IMG/VR virus record: IMGVR_UViG_3300009000_000003
Length of the DNA stretch: 64,000 nucleotides
Origin: a virus
Direction: 5' to 3' (one strand)
Below, piece after piece: positions 41,780 through 51,698 of the stretch. The notes beneath the pieces were generated by a model that saw only the letters and a program-made list of their open reading frames with translations, did no database searches and was not told the origin of the DNA. A program made the position numbers and the translations under genes. How positions within the stretch are numbered: position 1 is the first letter of the stretch; each line of letters begins with the position of its first letter.

Positions 41780-43022
41780 CTGTTTGTATTCTTTCTAAAT
41801 GTTTTAAAATTAATTTTATATCTGGATCTGTTTGTTCTACTTTTACTTTAGCTTTTATAATATCTGATTCTTTTAAACCAGTAGCTTTTATTTTTTCCCA
41901 TATAGAAGGAAACAATACAATCTCAGCACTAGCTGTAGAGTCATCTATTTCCATAAAAGCCATCATTTGTCCACGTCTAGTTTTAATTTCTTTTAACGAT
42001 AAAATTACTCCAGCTACTCTAGCATCTAAACCAGGAGTAAGTGAAGATAAATCTTCTTTATTAATTTGAATTAAATCCAAAGGATGACCGCCAATATAGC
42101 AGCCAATATAATTGGCTTGATCCATTATTTGTTTTAAAGTCAAAGGAACAAATTCTGTACGTTCAATTTCAGGAAAAGTAGGCTTTTCTTTTTTAGCTAA
42201 AGCAGGAAGCCTTTTTAATTTTTGATCTTCTAAATCTTGAAGCTCAGGTTCATAAATGTGAAGATTTGAAACATCTTCTTCTTTTTCTTTACCTTTAGAA
42301 ATACGATTAGTTATTTTTTTAACTTCATTGCGTAAATAATTACGTCTTTCAATTAAAGGTTCTACGCGCTCATTATGCCTTTGACGTTCTACATAGTCAA
42401 TTTCTCTTTGAGCATAATCTTCTAAATCTCTTACATATTGGTAAATACTAGAAGTATATTGAATCAAAGAATCTCGAGTATAACCCATTCGGTCAAAAGC
42501 ACCTGCATGGACTAAAGCTTCAAAAACTTTTGTATTTACTTTTTGTAAATTAACTCTATCGAGAAAATCTCTTACGCTTTTAAAAGGTAGATTACCTCTA
42601 GCTTTAATAATAGCTTTAGCTGCAGTTTTACCAACATCTCGAATAGCATTTAATCCAAAGTATATTTCATGATCTACAATGGTGAATTCATAACCGCTTT
42701 GATTAACACTAGGCGGATAAACATTTACATTAAAACGTTTGGCTTCATTAATATATTCAGGAGCTTTAACTGCCCAAGATTTAGGTTGTAAAGTTTTACT
42801 TCGAGTACTCATTAAGGCAGCAAAAAATTCTACAGGATAATGAGCCTTCATATATGCAGTAATATAAGTCAACATAGAATAACTTACACTGTGTGCTTTA
42901 TTAAAACAATTTGAAGCAACAAGACCATTAGCTAAAGTAAAATTATGAGTATTGGTGCTAGATGCAACACCAATATCATATACTTGTTGCTCTCCAAGAT
43001 ATTCTTTTTTAATAATTTTCAA
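41763..43022 (-). CDS. dnaE: DNA polymerase III alpha, part 3 (C-intein + fingers end, HhH, OB fold)
   Basis: TTG start; C-intein followed by CFNKAHSVSY, YMKAHYPVEF, FGLNAIRDVG, ALVHAGAFD, YIGGHPL and OB fold KTRRGQMMAFMEIDD. Confidence 0.95.
   Translation of the reverse strand: MKIIKKEYLGEQQVYDIGVASSTNTHNFTLANGLVASNCFNKAHSVSYSMLTYITAYMKAHYPVEFFAALMSTRSKTLQPKSWAVKAPEYINEAKRFNVNVYPPSVNQSGYEFTIVDHEIYFGLNAIRDVGKTAAKAIIKARGNLPFKSVRDFLDRVNLQKVNTKVFEALVHAGAFDRMGYTRDSLIQYTSSIYQYVRDLEDYAQREIDYVERQRHNERVEPLIERRNYLRNEVKKITNRISKGKEKEEDVSNLHIYEPELQDLEDQKLKRLPALAKKEKPTFPEIERTEFVPLTLKQIMDQANYIGCYIGGHPLDLIQINKEDLSSLTPGLDARVAGVILSLKEIKTRRGQMMAFMEIDDSTASAEIVLFPSIWEKIKATGLKESDIIKAKVKVEQTDPDIKLILKHLERIQTDEVDS
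42909..43022 (-). other. Split intein, C-terminal half (38 aa)
   Basis: MKIIKKEYLGEQQVYDIGV...HNFTLANGLVASN|CFN, closely resembling cyanobacterial DnaE Int-C. Confidence 0.95.
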
Positions 43023-43024
43023 AA

Positions 43025-43258
43025 TTAATCTTCCACTTTAATATTTAAATCAGACATTTTTAAAGGTCGACCAGAGTCGCCATGAAAAGAATAAAAAGTA
43101 ATTCCTTTAACATGGTTTTTTAATTTATCAAAACTATCAATTACAATATTTTTTGTTTCATAACCATCAGGAATATATTTAGTAGCATAAGTATTTATGC
43201 CACAAAGAGATCTTTGCCGATAGTATTTTGGATTTTTATAAGAAGCAATAATACGCAT
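43025..43258 (-). CDS. Hypothetical protein
   Basis: RBS AAAGGA; ends 2 nt before the dnaE part 3 start. Confidence 0.55.
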   Translation of the reverse strand: MRIIASYKNPKYYRQRSLCGINTYATKYIPDGYETKNIVIDSFDKLKNHVKGITFYSFHGDSGRPLKMSDLNIKVED

Positions 43259-43277
43259 AATATTCCTTTATTAAAAA

Positions 43278-43314
43278 TAAAAAAAGGGCAGCTTGAATAA
43301 ACAAGCCACCCTTT
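43278..43314 (-). terminator. Rho-independent terminator after the fibre cassette
   Basis: Minus strand AAAGGGTGGCTTG-TTTATT-CAAGCTGCCC followed by TTTTTTT. Confidence 0.8.
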
Positions 43315-43358
43315 AAAAACAAGAAATTACTTTATTTGTTAAAGTGTATTAGTTTTGA

Positions 43359-46300
43359 TTAAACTTGATACCAGTCGGTAGAATTAATTGCTATTAAACG
43401 TAAAGTTTGTTTAGCAGCTAAAGTTATTAAAGTTGCACTAGAGCTTTGACCAGACTCATAGATTACATCGTTCCCATCTGCTGATACGGTGATACTATTA
43501 CTATTAGTATTAATATAAATCATTTCTAACCCTTGAGATGCTGAAGGTAATGTAGCATTGCTAGAAGTAACGATAATATGATTACCTAAATCATATTTCA
43601 TCGTGCCTTCAAATTCAATCCCACTTGACCCGCCTGTTATTTTTGCTTGGGCTACAAGATTGCTTGAAATAATTACATCACTTGCAGACCCAGCACTTAT
43701 AGTTAAATCGCCTGAATTTGCATAAAGTTCTGGAGTAATGACGCTATCAGCAGTCAAGTCGCCACCAGTCAAAGTAGCAATACCATCTGTGAAAGTGCCG
43801 GAAGCTACTTTACTAAGATTTGCAATTTCTCTATTTGAATTAACTACAAGAGCTTTATTTGCAGCAGCAGTGCCATCAGTAATATCGTCAATTTTCTCTA
43901 AATCAGCTGCATCAAGAACAGCGCTACCTACAGTAATAGTAGTAGCAGAAATACTACTTGCTAAATCAAAATCAAGAGAATTTGTTGCACTATCTGCAGA
44001 AATAACAATGTTCCCTCTAGCTTCAGAAGAAAATATAACAGTTTGACCAAGATTAGGAGAAATAGTAAGACCACCAATACCTGCGCCAGTAGTACCTTTA
44101 ATAAAGAAACCAGAATTATCTAATTTGGCATTAGTAACACCACCATCTTTAATTTCTACAGAACCAGCTGTAACATCAAAATTAGCACCATTAAACTTAG
44201 CAACACCAAGAGTTGCCGCAGTAGCAGTTTCTACAGAAATAGAAAGCGCATCCGTATTAGCGTCATATGAAGTAGAGAGATTAGAAGTGGTTGCTCCACT
44301 TACAAGAGCTCCTGCAAGATCAGTTACTTCAGCATCAAAATCAGTAATTTGAGTATGATCAATACTAATATTTTGATGAGTAGCAGCTGTTAAACGACCT
44401 TGAGCATCAACACTAATAGACAAAGATTTAGAAGCTTCACCATAATCGCCCGCAGTTACATTTGTATTATCAAGTGCAAAAGAGACTTGATCATCGCTGA
44501 CTGTAGAAGTAAGAGCAGTTCCACCAACAAAAGTAAGAGTGCCACCAAGCAATGCAAGAGAATCCGCACCAGAATCACCTTTAAAAGCAAGGCTTGTAGC
44601 AACATCAGCAGTGCTGATACTGCGGACTCTACCACGAGTATCTACTTCAACTACAGGGATTTCAGTAGCAGAGCCATAAGTATCTGCAGTGAGGCCTGAA
44701 ATAGTTGCTAAAGCAATTGTAGCTGCACCATTTTCTTGGTTGCTATTAGCTAAAACAAAATCTGAATTAGAGCCGCTTTCATTAAGTGTAGCAACATAAT
44801 CACCAGTAGTATGAGTACCAAGATCAACTGAATCACTTTGCATTAATACGCTAACTGTAGCAGTACCAGTACCATTAGTAGTTACTGAGCCAGCCACATC
44901 ACCTGCAATAGCAATTGTAAAATTTGAAGCTAAAGCAGAAGCAGTGTCTGCATTCCCTTCAAGAGCACCACTAAATGTAGTTGCTGTAATTTTTTGCATT
45001 CCAGCAATAACAGTATTCGTAGCGCCAAGAGTGAGAGCGGTGCTACCTAAAGTAGTAATTGAATTAGCTAACTGAGCATTAGAAACGCCTGCAGCCTTAA
45101 TACTAACTGCGCCAGAAGTAACACTAAAATCTGAAGATGCAAATGAAGCTACACCCTTATTACTTTCAGAAGCATCTTCTGCAGCAACAGTAAGAGTATT
45201 AGCTACATCGTCATAAGTTAAAACAATAGCTTCACCTTGAGTAAGAAGATTGTCAACTCGATCGTCTACTCTTTCATCAGTGTAATAAAGATTAGTACCT
45301 TCTGCTAAATTATCAGTGCTGTGATTAGAGAGTGTGCTGATTTTACCTATAAAAGTAGTAGCAGTAACAGTATCAAATGTAACATCATCTGTAGTTCCTA
45401 CAGCCTGACCAATTGAAATTGTTGAAGAACCAGTAATTGTAATACCAGTTCCAGCTTCAAGAATGTTGTTTACTGCTGAAGGAAGATCAGAAAGTTTAGC
45501 AGAGTCAATTGTTGAATCAACAATATTTGCATTAGTAATAGTTCCAACTTTAAGAGTATCGGCGTCAATAAGAATAGACGCGCCATCAACATTAACACTA
45601 AGCTGACCATTAGTATCAGCTAAACCAGCACCGTCAAGTCCTGTAACTTTACTTGCAGCAATTTGACCATCAGTAAGAGTCAAAGTGCCTGTTGAAACAT
45701 CTAAAGCTTTTACTGTACCTAAAGAAGTTAATTCAGAACCTGCAAAGCTGTAAGTTCCAGCTGCAAAAGTACCTTCTGAAACCTTATTTGCAGGAATTTG
45801 ACCTGCAGCAAGAGTTAAAGTAGCAGCACTTACATCTAAAGTAGAACCATCAGCAACTGTAATATCTTTAGAAAGTAAAGCTTGTTCAAATTGAATTTGA
45901 GAGTCAGCAGTATCTAAAACGATATAATCTGAAGCTCCAGCAGAAATGCTCAAAGCGTCTTGTTTAGTTTCAGGAAGCTTAACAGTAAATTGAGCAGTAT
46001 CTAAAGCAGAACCATCAATAGTTAATTCAGCGTCATTAGATGCAATTACTGAAGAGCTAACAGTAGAAGCAGTCAAAGTAGAATCTAAAGAAACATTTCT
46101 AAAACCAGAAATATCTTTAGAAGAATCAACGACTACAGCAAGACCTTGAGAAACTGAACCAACAGTAACACCATCAAGTAAATTTAATTCAGAAGCAGTA
46201 GATGTAACTGCAGTTGCACCTAAAGTAATTCCTCCCTCAGGAGCAATAATTTTAGTTTTAATTGTACCTAAAGAAGCAGAACTAAAGTCAACTGTTGTGC

Positions 46301-46682
46301 CATCGCCGCTTAAAGGGTCAGTAGTAAGACCTTCAAACGTTTGCCAAACTTTATCGCTATCACTAGCATCGCGTGCAAAACCGCTATAAACTGGAGTACC
46401 ATCAGTATCTTCAGCACCAACAAGACCAATGTCAGCAGTAGTACCAGTATTAGTTTTACCTAATTTAATTAATGTTTCATCAACAGCAAGTTGAGAAACT
46501 GTAACTTCATTTGCATCTCCAGTAATCGTAAGATCGCCTTCAATAGTAACGTCACCTTTTGCAGTAAGGTTTACAGTATGAACGTCTTTCCAAGGCACTG
46601 TAGAAGTACCAAGTGTATCTTGTCCACCTTCAGCATAACTTGCACCTGAAGGTGCTGTTTTTTGTCTTAAGCTTGAAGCCAT
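43359..46682 (-). CDS. Long Thr/Ser/Ala/Gly-rich tail or capsid fibre protein (1107 aa)
   Basis: RBS AGGAG; fibre motifs TDNLAEGTNLYYTDERV, YG...VDTRGRV / VDAQGRL, and internally duplicated GVAxF...F.VT.G.V.IK..GV.NA.L. Confidence 0.75.
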   Translation of the reverse strand: MASSLRQKTAPSGASYAEGGQDTLGTSTVPWKDVHTVNLTAKGDVTIEGDLTITGDANEVTVSQLAVDETLIKLGKTNTGTTADIGLVGAEDTDGTPVYSGFARDASDSDKVWQTFEGLTTDPLSGDGTTVDFSSASLGTIKTKIIAPEGGITLGATAVTSTASELNLLDGVTVGSVSQGLAVVVDSSKDISGFRNVSLDSTLTASTVSSSVIASNDAELTIDGSALDTAQFTVKLPETKQDALSISAGASDYIVLDTADSQIQFEQALLSKDITVADGSTLDVSAATLTLAAGQIPANKVSEGTFAAGTYSFAGSELTSLGTVKALDVSTGTLTLTDGQIAASKVTGLDGAGLADTNGQLSVNVDGASILIDADTLKVGTITNANIVDSTIDSAKLSDLPSAVNNILEAGTGITITGSSTISIGQAVGTTDDVTFDTVTATTFIGKISTLSNHSTDNLAEGTNLYYTDERVDDRVDNLLTQGEAIVLTYDDVANTLTVAAEDASESNKGVASFASSDFSVTSGAVSIKAAGVSNAQLANSITTLGSTALTLGATNTVIAGMQKITATTFSGALEGNADTASALASNFTIAIAGDVAGSVTTNGTGTATVSVLMQSDSVDLGTHTTGDYVATLNESGSNSDFVLANSNQENGAATIALATISGLTADTYGSATEIPVVEVDTRGRVRSISTADVATSLAFKGDSGADSLALLGGTLTFVGGTALTSTVSDDQVSFALDNTNVTAGDYGEASKSLSISVDAQGRLTAATHQNISIDHTQITDFDAEVTDLAGALVSGATTSNLSTSYDANTDALSISVETATAATLGVAKFNGANFDVTAGSVEIKDGGVTNAKLDNSGFFIKGTTGAGIGGLTISPNLGQTVIFSSEARGNIVISADSATNSLDFDLASSISATTITVGSAVLDAADLEKIDDITDGTAAANKALVVNSNREIANLSKVASGTFTDGIATLTGGDLTADSVITPELYANSGDLTISAGSASDVIISSNLVAQAKITGGSSGIEFEGTMKYDLGNHIIVTSSNATLPSASQGLEMIYINTNSNSITVSADGNDVIYESGQSSSATLITLAAKQTLRLIAINSTDWYQV

Positions 46683-46704
46683 ATTTTTAATCTCCTGTTT
46701 TTAA

Positions 46705-49700
46705 TTATTCTGAATATCCAGTGAATATCGCATCACCTGTTGAAATGTCAATTTCAAAGTGTTTGTCTTCGTGTTTGATTGATTTGGAACCGAAGAACAC
46801 TAGATCTCCAGCACCAGAATTAGCAATTACTTCAGCTAAGTCAATCTCAAAAGGACCTAAATGACCAGAAATCTTAATAGTTTCTGGAAGATAAACAATC
46901 TTAGGACCAACTCCACTCCACTCTTGTTCTAAAAGACCACCATCTCTAGTATTCAGGGAAGCAATTTCTGAAACTAAGTCAACAACTTGAGACTGAGCAA
47001 TTTGAATATTTTGCAAAGTTGCAGAAGTGATCATACCATGAGAATCAAAAGCAAGACTTACAGTTTTAGCTGCATCATCTAAAGTTCCAGCAGTTACAGA
47101 ATTAGTAATACTAAATTCTTCATCACTTAAAGTAAGCCCAGAACCTGCAGTATAAGTTGTATCAGTATTCACAACAGTTTCAGTAGCTGTGGAAACTGAA
47201 GTAACGTGCCCATTGCTATCTAAAGTAATGCTTTGGATATAAGTTCGGTCAGAATTACTCAAGTTAAGAGTAGCCGCAACAATATCTGGGTGAGTAGTTA
47301 AATAACCTACGTTATTAACTAATTCAGATATATTATCATTAGGTTGCAAAGCAGAGTCAGCAGTAGTACCTTGAGCTGTAGTAGCATAGTTAGTTGAATC
47401 TGTATAGGCCGCAGTACCAAGCCCAAGAGCATTTTTCAGCGTTGTTTCAGCTGTAAGATCTGCATCAATAGCTGCTACAATTTCTTGTGCAGTTTGATCA
47501 GCAGTAGCTCCAGGTTCAATGCCAGCAACTTTATCGACTACAGTTTGTAAACCAGTAATAGCAGAAATAGGGTGTTGATCAGAAAGAGTTCTTTCAGTTA
47601 AAGCATCGTGGCTTGTAGCTGAGAATGCAGCATTAAGAGAAGATTGACGCCCTGAAAGCTGAGCAACAGAATTGATTTCACATTTATAAGCACCAGAAGT
47701 TTTAGCTTGAAGAACAATCTTGTAAAGAGGAACGAGCTCTGGAACAGAAAAACCTAAGTTAACAAACTCTTCAGCTTCAGCAGCGGCGACAGTTGTATAC
47801 TGATCGTGGCCCATCATCAATTTAATAGGATATGTAGAATCATTAGTAGCAACCATATAATAGCTGATATAATTGCCATTAGAAACGGTTGCTAAAGATC
47901 CAACATTATTAACAATTTGATTAAATTGAATACTAGTGGCATTTGCAAGCCAAGGAACACTAGTTGGTGAAGTTTGAACGACTGCTGAACCACTTTGGTG
48001 AATTACAGGAATTTCCGCATCACCGCTTAAAACTTGCTCATAAGGATTAGCTGAAGAACCATGCTGAATAACGTGTACAAGATCTTCATCAGCAATTGTA
48101 ATTTGACCTAAAGACAAAGTTACATCAGTGTCATCTTCTAATTGATAGCTAAGAGCGCCGCCACTTCTCCAAATAGCACCTACATCGAGGTGTTGAGAAA
48201 GATGCCATTGAGTATCTCTATGAGATGAGTGTCTTTCATCACCAAAAATAATTGCTTCGGAATTAGTAGCGTCCCAGTAAACATAAGCAACAAGTAAATC
48301 TTCAATTAACGAAGGATGTGCTCCAATAGCCAACTCTTGTAATGAATCTGTTGATGGATTATATTTAATATAACGACCACCAGCAGAATTAGTAATTTGA
48401 AGAGTTTTAGAAGAAGAAACAGTGATCTCTTGACCGCGATACCAAAGAGTAAATGAATCACCGACAGGTGACAAAGTAAAAGTGTTGGTAGAATTATCAA
48501 AAGAAAGAGATGAATCATCCCTGTTGGGGAAACCAGTCATATCTAATGTAATAGAGCCAACAGCCTCGAGAGCCTCTGAACTAGTTATAAAATCAGAGAT
48601 TTCAGAACTAATTTTAGAAGAAGACCATAAGCTATTTGCAGATACAACCGCATCATCAATATAGGTGTCAGCATTAAGACCTTGAGGACCTGTAGCACCT
48701 TGAGCTCCAGTTAGCCCTACAGGGCCAGTAGATCCCTGCGCACCAGTAGCGCCGGTAGGTCCTTGAAGACCTTGAGGGCCAACTTCACCCTGAAGGCCTT
48801 GTTCTCCCTGCGCTCCAGTCGGTCCTGCAAGACCTTGAGGCCCTTGTACCCCGGTAGGTCCTTGAGAGCCTTGTAGTCCTTGAGGACCTGTAGGTCCGAT
48901 TGAACCTGCAGCTCCAGTTGCACCTGTGGGTCCAACTGGACCTTGAATGCCTTGCTCACCTTGCGGGCCTTGCTCACCTTGGAGACCCTGAGGGCCTTGT
49001 GGCCCCGTTGCCCCAATCGCACCAGTATCACCAGTAGCTCCAGTAATACCTTGAGGCCCGGTTGGGCCAGTCAAACCAATTAAACCTTGAGGGCCTTGTG
49101 GCCCGGTAGCGCCAATCGGTCCTTGGATGCCTTGAATACCTTGCGGACCGATTTCACCTTGTTCACCTTGTACCCCCTGAAGGCCTTGAGGTCCTGTAGC
49201 ACCAGTCAAGCCAATAGAGCCTTGCGGCCCAACAGGGCCTGTTGGGCCTTGAATACCTTGTTCGCCTTGAGCCCCAGCCGGGCCTTGTTCACCTTGAGCT
49301 CCAGTAGGACCTGTAAGTCCGGTAGGGCCAACTGCTCCAGTAACACCAGCTAAACCTTGCTCACCTTGGGGGCCAGTAGGGCCTTGGATACCCTGAGCTC
49401 CTTGGGCCCCGGTGGGGCCAACAGGTCCTTGAATTCCCTGGTCTCCCTGAAGCCCTTGAGGGCCTTGAGGCCCTGTTGCGCCAGTTAAACCTGTAGGTCC
49501 AGTAGGGCCTGTAGCACCTTGTGGACCTTGAGTTCCTGCAAATTGTCCAAAATCACTCCAAGTAGTACCGTTATAAACAATAAGATGATTTGTTAAATCA
49601 TTAGTTAAATAAGAAATAGAAGTAGAGCGATTATCTAAAGTTACTACAACAAAAAATAAATTAGAAGTAGTAATGGTGTCATCAGATTCAATTTGAGTGA

Positions 49701-50556
49701 CAATAGTGTCGTTAAGCTCACCAGAATAATCAACATTAAAAGCTTGACCTGGGTCACCTTTAGGACCCGTAACTCCTGTTGGTCCAACAGGTCCCTGAAG
49801 GCCTGTTGTTCCTGCTAGCCCTTGCAAACCCTGAAGCCCTTGAGGGCCTTGAGCGCCAGTAGGGCCAATGGCACCAGTTGGGCCTTGCGGCCCTTGTGGA
49901 CCAATAAGACCTTGCGCTCCTGTAGGTCCTACGGGACCTTGGACACCTTGAATTCCTTGAAGACCTTGAGGGCCAACTTCGCCTTGTAAACCCTGCATGC
50001 CTTGAGGCCCCTGTGCACCTGTAGCACCTTGAGGGCCAGTTGGACCGATATCTCCTTGATCTCCTTTAAGGCCAGTTGCTCCGGTAAGTCCGGTTGGACC
50101 TGTAAGACCTTGCAATCCCTGAGGGCCTGTAGGGCCTCTTTGACCAATAGCCCCTGTGGGGCCTTGAGCTCCATCAAGACCGGATGCACCTTGAGGGCCA
50201 GCTTCACCTTGAGGCCCTTGTAGACCGGTTGGACCTACTAATCCTTGAGGACCAGTAGCACCCGTTGGTCCTTGTGGCCCAACTAAACCTTGAGGGCCTT
50301 GTAAGCCTTGAAGGCCTTGTGGTCCGGTTGGACCTTGCAATCCAGTAGGTCCCGAAGCTCCTGTTGGTCCTACTGGCCCAGTAGGACCAACAATACCTGA
50401 TCCGGCTCCTCCAATAGCAGTAGCAATTTTTGCATCAATATCGGCTTCAGGTAAACCAAGAATAATTTTACCATCTGCATCTTTTTGATTTGGCTTGTCA
50501 AACAGATTGTCTAAATCTAAAGACCCTCTGCGTAAGTCTGTTCTTCTATTAGCCAT
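46705..50556 (-). CDS. Collagen-like fibre protein (1283 aa)
   Basis: RBS AGGAG; two long Gly-X-Y blocks, then [10 protein letters not shown] and fibre-type C-terminal motifs. Confidence 0.85.
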   Translation of the reverse strand: MANRRTDLRRGSLDLDNLFDKPNQKDADGKIILGLPEADIDAKIATAIGGAGSGIVGPTGPVGPTGASGPTGLQGPTGPQGLQGLQGPQGLVGPQGPTGATGPQGLVGPTGLQGPQGEAGPQGASGLDGAQGPTGAIGQRGPTGPQGLQGLTGPTGLTGATGLKGDQGDIGPTGPQGATGAQGPQGMQGLQGEVGPQGLQGIQGVQGPVGPTGAQGLIGPQGPQGPTGAIGPTGAQGPQGLQGLQGLAGTTGLQGPVGPTGVTGPKGDPGQAFNVDYSGELNDTIVTQIESDDTITTSNLFFVVVTLDNRSTSISYLTNDLTNHLIVYNGTTWSDFGQFAGTQGPQGATGPTGPTGLTGATGPQGPQGLQGDQGIQGPVGPTGAQGAQGIQGPTGPQGEQGLAGVTGAVGPTGLTGPTGAQGEQGPAGAQGEQGIQGPTGPVGPQGSIGLTGATGPQGLQGVQGEQGEIGPQGIQGIQGPIGATGPQGPQGLIGLTGPTGPQGITGATGDTGAIGATGPQGPQGLQGEQGPQGEQGIQGPVGPTGATGAAGSIGPTGPQGLQGSQGPTGVQGPQGLAGPTGAQGEQGLQGEVGPQGLQGPTGATGAQGSTGPVGLTGAQGATGPQGLNADTYIDDAVVSANSLWSSSKISSEISDFITSSEALEAVGSITLDMTGFPNRDDSSLSFDNSTNTFTLSPVGDSFTLWYRGQEITVSSSKTLQITNSAGGRYIKYNPSTDSLQELAIGAHPSLIEDLLVAYVYWDATNSEAIIFGDERHSSHRDTQWHLSQHLDVGAIWRSGGALSYQLEDDTDVTLSLGQITIADEDLVHVIQHGSSANPYEQVLSGDAEIPVIHQSGSAVVQTSPTSVPWLANATSIQFNQIVNNVGSLATVSNGNYISYYMVATNDSTYPIKLMMGHDQYTTVAAAEAEEFVNLGFSVPELVPLYKIVLQAKTSGAYKCEINSVAQLSGRQSSLNAAFSATSHDALTERTLSDQHPISAITGLQTVVDKVAGIEPGATADQTAQEIVAAIDADLTAETTLKNALGLGTAAYTDSTNYATTAQGTTADSALQPNDNISELVNNVGYLTTHPDIVAATLNLSNSDRTYIQSITLDSNGHVTSVSTATETVVNTDTTYTAGSGLTLSDEEFSITNSVTAGTLDDAAKTVSLAFDSHGMITSATLQNIQIAQSQVVDLVSEIASLNTRDGGLLEQEWSGVGPKIVYLPETIKISGHLGPFEIDLAEVIANSGAGDLVFFGSKSIKHEDKHFEIDISTGDAIFTGYSE
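48673..49536 (-). repeat. Collagen Gly-X-Y block 2 (about 96 triplets)
   Basis: 9-nt periodicity encoding [15 protein letters not shown]. Confidence 0.9.
49741..50397 (-). repeat. Collagen Gly-X-Y block 1 (about 73 triplets)
   Basis: 9-nt periodicity encoding GPT/GPQ/GLQ. Confidence 0.9.
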
Positions 50557-50569
50557 CTATGTTCTCCTA

Positions 50570-50935
50570 TTAATCGTCTATTGAATATCTTGCAAGTAGA
50601 ACAGGAGTATCATCTGGACTAGCTTTTTTTAAACCTACATCCCAAACAAACTCGAAGGTACTAGAGCTTGTAATTCTGTAATCGCCTAAAGAGTCAGGAG
50701 TTTCTTGAGGAGAAAGTACCAAGCCATCTAAAGTAATGATTATGCTGTTTCTTTTAGCGGGAAATGGTAGCGTAAATAAAAACTTGCCATCAGGATAATC
50801 AACATCGTCATGTTCAGGAATCTGATCAGTAAGATCAAAAGTTCTAACAGTATGTTCTTGATTATAAATATTAACAGTATTTACTGTTATTGTAGAATTA
50901 TCTACTGCGACTAATTTTGGATAAACTGGATCCAT
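50570..50935 (-). CDS. Small virion structural (fibre-associated) protein
   Basis: RBS AGGAG; FTLP...IIITLDGLVL...GDYRIT..TFEF...LLARY beta-domain pattern. Confidence 0.6.
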   Translation of the reverse strand: MDPVYPKLVAVDNSTITVNTVNIYNQEHTVRTFDLTDQIPEHDDVDYPDGKFLFTLPFPAKRNSIIITLDGLVLSPQETPDSLGDYRITSSSTFEFVWDVGLKKASPDDTPVLLARYSIDD

Positions 50936-50944
50936 ATTTATCTC

Positions 50945-51316
50945 CTAAGCAGGTGTGTAAAAAATAGTGACGTCTGTTTGATCATTTATCAATGCTGTAT
51001 ATTCGCCAAGAATATATAACTTATTAAATTCACTATCTATATAAAAACCATCACCTAGCATAGATTCAAGTCTTGGAATAATGTCACCATTAATAAATAA
51101 CATTACAAATTTTTCAAAACCTTCCTTTATATAAGGGAAGATTTCATAAAATGAATCATTTTGATCAAATGAAGAAAAAGCTAAAGCTTTTTGTAAAGGC
51201 AAATTGTCTACAATATTTCCAACAGTAGTAGTTTTATCAACATTCAAAGTATCAATTGTAATGTTGCTATCAGAAATAACTGTAACGGGTGTTCTTGTTT
51301 GAGCATGAGTCGCCAT
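50945..51316 (-). CDS. Small virion structural protein, probable paralog of 50570..50935
   Basis: RBS GAGG; DSNITIDTLNV vs DNSTITVNTVNI; LFINGD...VTIFY. Confidence 0.55.
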   Translation of the reverse strand: MATHAQTRTPVTVISDSNITIDTLNVDKTTTVGNIVDNLPLQKALAFSSFDQNDSFYEIFPYIKEGFEKFVMLFINGDIIPRLESMLGDGFYIDSEFNKLYILGEYTALINDQTDVTIFYTPA

Positions 51317-51380
51317 ATAAACCTCGCCTTTTTGTTTAGTTTTAATATATTTTTGCTATTATTTTCAAGAGTATAGAAAA

Positions 51381-51698
51381 TTATATATTATCTTTTGTAG
51401 AAAAAATATCTATTTCTTTAGTAAATAATAAATCAATTGGGAGCATTTGATTATTAGAAGACATAAATTTATGGTCTTCTGTACAATCAACATAATCTCC
51501 ATTTTCTAAAGTGTATCTGTAAACAGTTTTAATACCTTTATCGTGCCATTGAGTGACTTGTTGAGCAACCCAAGGGGTAGCTTGAGTTGAATCATTACTA
51601 AGTACAAAACCAGAATATTGAGCTTTAACAATATCTTCAATAGTTCTAGATCTTTTTGTAAGAGTAGGAATTAATATTTCGGTATTTCCTGCTAAACA
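51381..51698 (-). other. Split intein, N-terminal half (105 aa)
   Basis: CLAGNTEILI...QWHDKG...YTLENG...CTEDHKFM...QMLPID..F..EIDI, resembling cyanobacterial DnaE Int-N (blocks A and B). Confidence 0.95.

Noticed and set aside
43025-43258. 77 aa ORF as a homing endonuclease remnant of the split intein
   Set aside because: No LAGLIDADG, HNH, GIY-YIG or Vsr motif recognisable.
43738-50223. Short antisense and alternate-frame ORFs within the fibre and collagen genes (and similar ones elsewhere)
   Set aside because: Shadow ORFs caused by biased codon usage; no RBS or motifs.
48673-50397. Periodic GC-rich DNA as a CRISPR array or DNA-level repeat element
   Set aside because: Fully explained by Gly-X-Y coding with varied synonymous codons.
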